Shown here one piece after another: positions 6,878-12,002 of a stretch of DNA of 12,002 nt. The notes below the pieces were generated by a model. The model did no database searches. It was not told the origin of the DNA and saw only the letters and a list, made by a program, of their open reading frames with translations. The stretch is from a virus (lineage: Duplodnaviria; Heunggongvirae; Uroviricota; Caudoviricetes). Position 1 is the first letter of the stretch, and each line of letters begins with the position of its first letter. A program made the translations under genes and the position numbers. The DNA is taken from the IMG/VR virus record IMGVR_UViG_2740892258_000005; one strand, 5' to 3'.

Positions 6878-8098
6878 TTTTTCTTCTCTCTTATTACTGT
6901 GGACGTGCTGCCGTCCGGTTTATAGATGGTCAGCGTCCGGGTTTTGCCGGTTTTTTTACCTTTCTTCGCCTTGCCCTGTGTGACCGGCCCCCGTGCCACT
7001 TCCAGCTCTGTGGTGTAGCCGCTGTTACGCTCAAACGCATGGAGGGCAGTGGTTATGAGCCATGGCCCGGATAACTGCCCAAAACCCACCAGTTCAATTT
7101 TGTTGCCTGCTGTCAGTTGAGGTGTTCCCGTCAGCGTCAGGGAGCCGTTCTGCTGGTATTCGTTATGTCTGGCCAGTGCTGAATCCGCTTTAATCCGGGC
7201 ACTGCTGGTATTCGTTATGTCTGGCCAGTGCTGAATCCGCTTTAATCCGGGCACTGTCCGGGTCGCTGACGCGGCTGTTAACTTTAAGTGAGTCAGCGCT
7301 GGTAACCTTACCACCTTTGAGCTTTTTGTCGCTTTCACGGGTACCACCATCAGCTTCGTAGACGATCAGTTTTTTACTGCTGCTTTTCTGGTGTTTTACC
7401 TTTGCAGATTTATAGACCCGGTTGATGGTGTCACGCAGGGAAAAGCGGGCCACATCCTGCGGTTTTAACTGCCTGACCGGCTCCTGACTGCGCAGTGTGG
7501 CCAGATGAGAAAAAATCAGCTGGTCACTGACCACTTTCACTGCATAACCATACTCGCTGGCCAGCCGGCGCAGAAAACCCACGTCGGTTTCAGCATACTG
7601 GGTCACCCGGTCGATTCTGATGGACTCAATGCTGCCCACCAGTTTCAGTCGGTGCTTTCTGGCAATCCGCCCCGCAACAGCTGCCAGCGTGGTGTTCTCA
7701 AAACCACGACTGGTTTTAGTCCGCAGGGCACTGTTAACCGAGGTGGCCACCCCACGGATAGAAACAACGGAAGCGGGCGAACTCACTTCGATCTCGTCTA
7801 TAGAGAACGTACCGCAGGACAGCAGCTTCTCGCCCTGATAGCCCATTTTCAGCGTCAGCGTGTCACCCTTGCCCGGATACCATTTATCCAGCCAGCGGCC
7901 ATCGGTGTCGTCCAGCTCCACCTCAATGGTATCGGACTCATTTTTGATGTTATCGCTCCAGGTCACACGGGTGACATAAGGCGCGATATCAGAGGTGATG
8001 TTTTTCTGCAGATACCACAAAGTGAACACCGGTGTCAGCACATCGCTGACGCCGGTTAACGCTGATGTGACTTGCGCAGTGCTGTTTATCTCAGCCAT
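6874..8098 (-). pseudogene. P2 gpD-like (Mu P-like) tail/baseplate hub protein, frameshifted by a 52-bp tandem duplication
   Basis: The two overlapping ORFs 7190..8098 and 6874..7350 both encode the peptide SARIKADSALARHNEYQQ, each from a different copy of the 52-bp repeat. Removing one copy gives a single 390-codon frame whose C-terminus (..GFGQLSGPWLITTALHAFERNSGYTTELEVA..) matches the P2 gpD C-terminus (..WTITKVTHFLNNSGFTTSLELEV..). Confidence 0.8.
7150..7253. repeat. Perfect tandem direct duplication, 2 x 52 bp
   Basis: 7150-7201 and 7202-7253 are both ctgctggtattcgttatgtctggccagtgctgaatccgctttaatccgggca (52/52). The unit length is not a multiple of 3. Confidence 0.95.
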
Positions 8099-8298
8099 GG
8101 GGCAATATCCTCTTCTGTACGGGCTTCTTCAGCCTCAATCACCGGGATCAGTAACAACAGCCCGGAGGGCAGCACCGGCGTGATGGCCACGTGCGGATTG
8201 GCGGCAATAATCCGGGGATAGCCCAGCGGGTCGCCGTAGTACTGCCATGCCAGCGAATCCCAGCGCTCTCCGTCACGGGTAACATGTTCAAGAAACAT
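8086..8298 (-). CDS. Tail protein X-like (P2 gpX family, small LysM-like)
   Basis: 70 aa from ATG at 8298: MFLEHVTRDGERWDSLAWQYYGDPLGY.RIIAANPHVA.TPVLPSGLLLLIP, compared with P2 gpX (..QGDTLDAICVRYYGRTEGVVETVLAANPGLAELGAVLPHGTAVELP). The start overlaps the upstream stop (TGATG). Confidence 0.75.
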   Translation of the reverse strand: MFLEHVTRDGERWDSLAWQYYGDPLGYPRIIAANPHVAITPVLPSGLLLLIPVIEAEEARTEEDIAPWLR

Positions 8299-9182
8299 CA
8301 CACACTCCTCGTCAGTATTCTGGCGGCCATTGCACTTAATCCCGGAGACATGCGGTTGAATGCTGTGCCGGCGGCGTTAAGCTGCCCGGAAACGGTATCC
8401 AGAGCACCTGCAATATTTCTTTTGTCCACACCACTCAGCGCAGACTGTGCCTGCTGTACATACGTGACTGCTTCGCTGGCTGTTCTGGCCAGACTGATGG
8501 CATCGGGCATGGATTCAGAGAGTGCGTTAAACGCCGGAACACTTTTCCCCAGAGCCCCGGAGATATTACCCAGTCCGCTCATCAGCCCCGGCACACGGGT
8601 CAGTGCGACAACGGGGTTATCCTTCATTTTCTGTGTCACCCGAACGGCGCTGATAGTGGTCTGGAGTACAGACTGCGCCTGTTTCGCATAGTTGACGCCG
8701 TTGCGGATGAACTGCGCCACCCCTGAAGGTGAAGGTATGGCACCGGAGACCGCCCCGACACCCGGGAGCTTCGTGCGTATTGCCGGTGGTTGCAGAGTAT
8801 TTTTCGGGTCACCGGTGTATTCCCGGAGAGACACGGTGGCACTGACAGCCAGCACGTTGCCGGTACTGTCAGTCTGCTCGCTGGTTGCAGTCACATCGGT
8901 AATCACGAACCAGCCGCGATAGTCACCGTTGCCGAAGACCAGCGCCAGTGCCTGATGGGCTTTCATGGCTGTTCGCAGTCTCGCCAGCTCCACATCGGGT
9001 ACACAATAATGCTGATGGAAAACCAGAGTTATCTGGATTTCGTCCAGCCTGTCGCCGACGAACTGCAGGCCAGGCTTACCCCCGATGCGGGCATGCTCCG
9101 CATAATCGACGCCGAACGTGGCCTCGAAGCCGTCCCAGTAGGTAATCAGCTCAAACTCAATATCACCCAGTACGGCAAACAT
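8298..9182 (-). CDS. Tail protein with P2 gpU-like N-terminal domain (Mu N-like position in the module)
   Basis: 294 aa. The N-terminal ~120 aa (FAVLGDIEFEL...GKPGLQFVGDRLDEIQITLVF....LARLRTAMKAHQALALVFGNGDYRGWFVITDV....SATVSLREY) fit the gpU pattern. The C-terminal Ala/Ser/Gly-rich half is unassigned. The start ATG overlaps the tape measure stop (TGATG). Confidence 0.6.
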   Translation of the reverse strand: MFAVLGDIEFELITYWDGFEATFGVDYAEHARIGGKPGLQFVGDRLDEIQITLVFHQHYCVPDVELARLRTAMKAHQALALVFGNGDYRGWFVITDVTATSEQTDSTGNVLAVSATVSLREYTGDPKNTLQPPAIRTKLPGVGAVSGAIPSPSGVAQFIRNGVNYAKQAQSVLQTTISAVRVTQKMKDNPVVALTRVPGLMSGLGNISGALGKSVPAFNALSESMPDAISLARTASEAVTYVQQAQSALSGVDKRNIAGALDTVSGQLNAAGTAFNRMSPGLSAMAARILTRSV

Positions 9183-10258
9183 CAGCGGTACTCCTTACGT
9201 TGTTTCTGAGCCAGCAGACGCTCCAGCATTTTTTCCAGCTCATGCAGACTCATATTCAGAGCACCAGTCAGTCCTGCAGGCGCTGTGGTTTCCCTGCCAT
9301 TGAGGAAAAACTGAGGATTAAAGCTGACCTGGATACCACCAGACGTTCCACCGCCGGTTGCAGCTGCACCACGGCCTGAATATCCGGCAGCCATGATTTC
9401 AGGCGAGGGGATACGGGGAACATCCGGTGTCATCTCATTTGCCAGACGTTGCCCTGGTAAAATCGATGTCCGGGTGGAGAGCGGGATAGCGGGCATGGAA
9501 GACAAACTATTGATTACGGCTCCGATCGCATTTTTAGCAGACGACATAAACCCGTTGATATCGGGCAACGGCATACTGAAGCGAACACCTGAAGTGTTAT
9601 CCCGTATTTCTGGCCCCTGAATGCTCACGGGCATTCTGGGGAGCAGTTCACTGGCCATTCGCTGCCCGGCCAGAGCTGCAAGCGGAGTGGTCCGCTGCAG
9701 GCCAATGGCGGCCCCCTGCGCGATATTGTCACCAAAGCCCATAAACACGCGGCTCGGCGAATGAATACCCAGCTTTTCACTGAACCAGCCACTGATGCTG
9801 TCACCCATTCCGGTTACACTGGATTTGAGCGACTCCCATTTGTTTTTGATACCGTTAATCAGACCGTCGACAAGATGGCCACCGAAGTCGGTGAACTTTG
9901 CCGGCAGATCAACACCAAGATATTTCAGCGCAGCTGCAAAGGCTTTATAGAGCAGACCTGCCGGCGACCAGTTAATCAGCAGCTTACCAGTTCCCGCGAT
10001 ACCGCCGTTAAAGGCTTCCTGAATGTCAGCCCAGCACTGTTTAAACCAGCTACTGATGCTGTCACCCATTCCGGTTACACTGGATTTGAGCGACCCCCAT
10101 TTGTTTTTGATACCGTTAATCAGACCGTCGATAAGATGGCCACCGAAGTCGGTGAACTTTGCCGGCAGAGCAACGCCGAAATATTTCAGCGCAGCCGCAA
10201 AGGCTTTATAGAGCAGGCCTGCCGGCGACCAGTTAATCAGTAACTTACCAATTCCCAC
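9182..10258 (-). CDS. Tail tape measure protein, C-terminal segment (separate frame from the N-terminal segment)
   Basis: 357 aa in an open frame whose only candidate start is GTG at 10258 with no RBS. Contains two ~87-aa tandem repeats (GKLLINWSPAGLLYKAFAAALKY.GV.LPAKFTDFGGHL.DGLINGIKNKW.SLKSSVTGMGDSIS.WF) and a Gly/Ser/Pro-rich C-terminal half typical of tape measure proteins. Confidence 0.7.
   Translation of the reverse strand: MGIGKLLINWSPAGLLYKAFAAALKYFGVALPAKFTDFGGHLIDGLINGIKNKWGSLKSSVTGMGDSISSWFKQCWADIQEAFNGGIAGTGKLLINWSPAGLLYKAFAAALKYLGVDLPAKFTDFGGHLVDGLINGIKNKWESLKSSVTGMGDSISGWFSEKLGIHSPSRVFMGFGDNIAQGAAIGLQRTTPLAALAGQRMASELLPRMPVSIQGPEIRDNTSGVRFSMPLPDINGFMSSAKNAIGAVINSLSSMPAIPLSTRTSILPGQRLANEMTPDVPRIPSPEIMAAGYSGRGAAATGGGTSGGIQVSFNPQFFLNGRETTAPAGLTGALNMSLHELEKMLERLLAQKQRKEYR
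9779..10251. repeat. Tandem direct repeat, period 261 bp, two copies (~95% identical over ~210 bp)
   Basis: 9782-9990 and 10043-10251 align with only scattered substitutions. 261 bp equals 87 codons, so the duplication is in frame. Confidence 0.85.
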
Positions 10259-11912
10259 AATGCCGCCGTGCGACGGCGCTAAATCCGGTCACCAGCCAGC
10301 GGAGCTTACCGCCTTGCCCCAGTGCGAGCGACAGACGAAGCCAGTTGGCCCGAAGTAAAACAGCATTTTTCCAGACACTTACAAAGGGGGAAATAAGGAG
10401 ATTCAGCCCCAGTTTGAGACCAACAGTCGCTATCTTAATCGCAAGGAGCGCACTGATGAGCTTAAAAGCCCCACTGACAAATTGCGGGTGAGTCGCTACC
10501 CAGTGTTTTGCCCCCTGAATGAGTGGAAGCAGTTCCTGAGTCAAAGAAATAAAAGATGGAGCTAATTGATCGCCCAGCGTAATTGCCAGATCGCGACTGC
10601 TGACCATAAGTGTTTTAGTGGCTTCAAGGGGAGATTTCAGCCGCTGATCATAAGCACTGGCAAGCAAATCGTTATCCGCAGCCCTGAGAGCACCGGCACG
10701 GATCTCTCGATATCTGTCCATGTTGGCCAGCATCGGGCGGATAAATGCCATGACCTGCATATCCGCGAACATATCGCCCAGACCAAAGTTTTTCGCCAGA
10801 GCCTGAAGTGCCTCATCTCTTGCCGTATCATTCTTTATTTTCATGGCTGATTTGAAGCCGGCCAGCGCTTCGGGGCTTTTGGCATTGAGGTAACGTTCTA
10901 TAACACTCAACATCCCTTCAATCGGAGAGATCCCCGCAGCTTTATAACTCGCAATAGATCCCTGCAAATCAATACCCAGATCAGCAAACTGTTTCTGAGT
11001 ATCGCGGGCAAAAATTTTGGTAAGAAAGTTTTTAAAATTATTGGCTGCTTCGTCGGTGGAACCTGCACCGATTTTTGCTATCTGGAGACTGGCCCCGATT
11101 TCAGCAACAGCCTCTTTTCCACTGGCAATACCCGCCATCATTGGGGCCAGGGACTGCATCCACTTGACCTGATCCGGGATTTCAAATGACCCCTGGTCAC
11201 CGGCATAAGCCATAATATTCTGAACGGCACCAAAATCTCTGGCCGCACCTTTCAGGGAGTTTTGCCAGACTGCGGCCACTTTTGCCCAGTCCTGAGCAGA
11301 CGTGCGTGTTGCCGTTGCCGCGCGGGCAATATCCGGCATCAGAAAACCGATATCTGACACATTATCAATATTGTCGCTGATGAGTGAACCCACCGCCTCC
11401 TGCAGCTCATCCTGATACTGATTGTATTTAAGCGCCCAGCCTTTTATCTGTCCGGCAAGTGCATCCCGCGTTTTATTGTCATATTTTGCGGTGATCGACA
11501 TATCAATCATTTTGTCCTGAAAAGACATGGACTGCTGAACGGCAGGGGAAACCGTATGATAAACAGTCTGTGCCATGCCATACGCTTCAATCCCCTGACC
11601 ATACAGCGCCATGCGGTTAGCTTTCAGCGCATCACTGGTAGCGGATGCCGCTGACAGACGGCGCTGCTGGCGCTCAATTTGCTCCATGGTGCGGCTTACC
11701 CGCAGCAGCTCGCTGTTGAGATGCTGCATCCGGGAAGAACCCAGTTGACCATAACGTTCTGTTGCACGGGTTAAAGCGTTCTGACGTTCCTGCAGGCGGC
11801 GTGAGGTATCGCTCAGGGAATCAAGCGCACGGCGGGTACCGCTCATTGCAGAACGGAATGTGCTGCCAATCATCCCGCCGATAACAACGCCGACTGAAAA
11901 CTGTCCCGACAT
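10245..11912 (-). CDS. Tail tape measure protein, N-terminal segment
   Basis: 555 aa; ATG at 11912 with a strong GGAGG RBS 9 nt upstream. The N-terminal region is predicted alpha-helical and charged (..RRLQERQNALTRATERYGQL..EQIERQQRRL..), the core is tape-measure-like, and the C-terminal part is hydrophobic (..FKLISALLAIKIATVGLKLGLNLLISPFVSVW..). It ends at TAA 10245-10247, 14 nt inside the next ORF. Confidence 0.8.
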   Translation of the reverse strand: MSGQFSVGVVIGGMIGSTFRSAMSGTRRALDSLSDTSRRLQERQNALTRATERYGQLGSSRMQHLNSELLRVSRTMEQIERQQRRLSAASATSDALKANRMALYGQGIEAYGMAQTVYHTVSPAVQQSMSFQDKMIDMSITAKYDNKTRDALAGQIKGWALKYNQYQDELQEAVGSLISDNIDNVSDIGFLMPDIARAATATRTSAQDWAKVAAVWQNSLKGAARDFGAVQNIMAYAGDQGSFEIPDQVKWMQSLAPMMAGIASGKEAVAEIGASLQIAKIGAGSTDEAANNFKNFLTKIFARDTQKQFADLGIDLQGSIASYKAAGISPIEGMLSVIERYLNAKSPEALAGFKSAMKIKNDTARDEALQALAKNFGLGDMFADMQVMAFIRPMLANMDRYREIRAGALRAADNDLLASAYDQRLKSPLEATKTLMVSSRDLAITLGDQLAPSFISLTQELLPLIQGAKHWVATHPQFVSGAFKLISALLAIKIATVGLKLGLNLLISPFVSVWKNAVLLRANWLRLSLALGQGGKLRWLVTGFSAVARRHCGNW

Positions 11913-12002
11913 AGTGGTTAACCTCCGGGGAAGGTGAAAAGACGTGAGGGGATAACGCAGAACAGCCGCTACTGGCGGCTGTCTGTACTATGATTTGTCG
12001 CC

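Noticed and set aside
7505-8059. 184-aa + strand ORF, and similar + strand ORFs at 4534-5028, 5494-5967, 8191-8691, 8790-9209 and 9761-10243
   Set aside because: All are antisense to long, homology-supported - strand tail genes, have biased Arg/Ser/Cys-rich composition, and lack family resemblance. They are treated as shadow ORFs.
11964-11982. 7-bp GC-rich hairpin (cagccgc tactg gcggctg) upstream of the tape measure gene, possibly a terminator of the preceding gene
   Set aside because: There is no clean U-tract on the - strand after the stem, and the upstream gene is outside the window, so it cannot be distinguished from coding sequence or a chance palindrome.
1-12002. Checked for a CRISPR array, tRNA or rRNA genes, an integrase or attachment-site repeats, and toxin-antitoxin or other defence modules
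   Set aside because: No short regularly spaced direct repeats, no cloverleaf-like conserved tRNA sequence, no tyrosine integrase, and no unexplained ORF outside the tail module; every gap between genes is under 70 bp except the aldA/gapC terminator region.

Overview
This window is a chromosome/prophage junction, most likely from Escherichia coli or a close relative. Positions 1-1291 hold the 3' end of aldA (+ strand), a hairpin terminator, and a 5'-truncated remnant of the GAPDH gene gapC (- strand). From about 1296 to the window end everything is phage-derived and on the - strand: a contractile-tail/baseplate module (tape measure, gpU-like, gpX-like, gpD-like, gpV spike, gpW, gpJ, gpI), a lambda Stf-like side tail fiber with its Tfa chaperone, and a Pin/Gin/Hin-family serine DNA invertase. 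The invertase sits beside a roughly 1.5 kb invertible segment bounded by perfect 56-bp inverted repeats, which carries a promoterless alternative fiber C-terminal cassette on the opposite strand. Invertase-driven fiber switching is a known system class, not a new one. The unusual points are that the switch is asymmetric (one tfa only, and an 84-bp in-frame deletion in the alternative arm), that the gpD-like gene is frameshifted by a perfect 52-bp tandem duplication, that the tape measure gene is split across two frames, and that the prophage ends abruptly inside gapC. I found no tRNA, rRNA, CRISPR array or recognisable defence system. All homology calls come from reading the translated ORFs against remembered family sequences; no database search was run.
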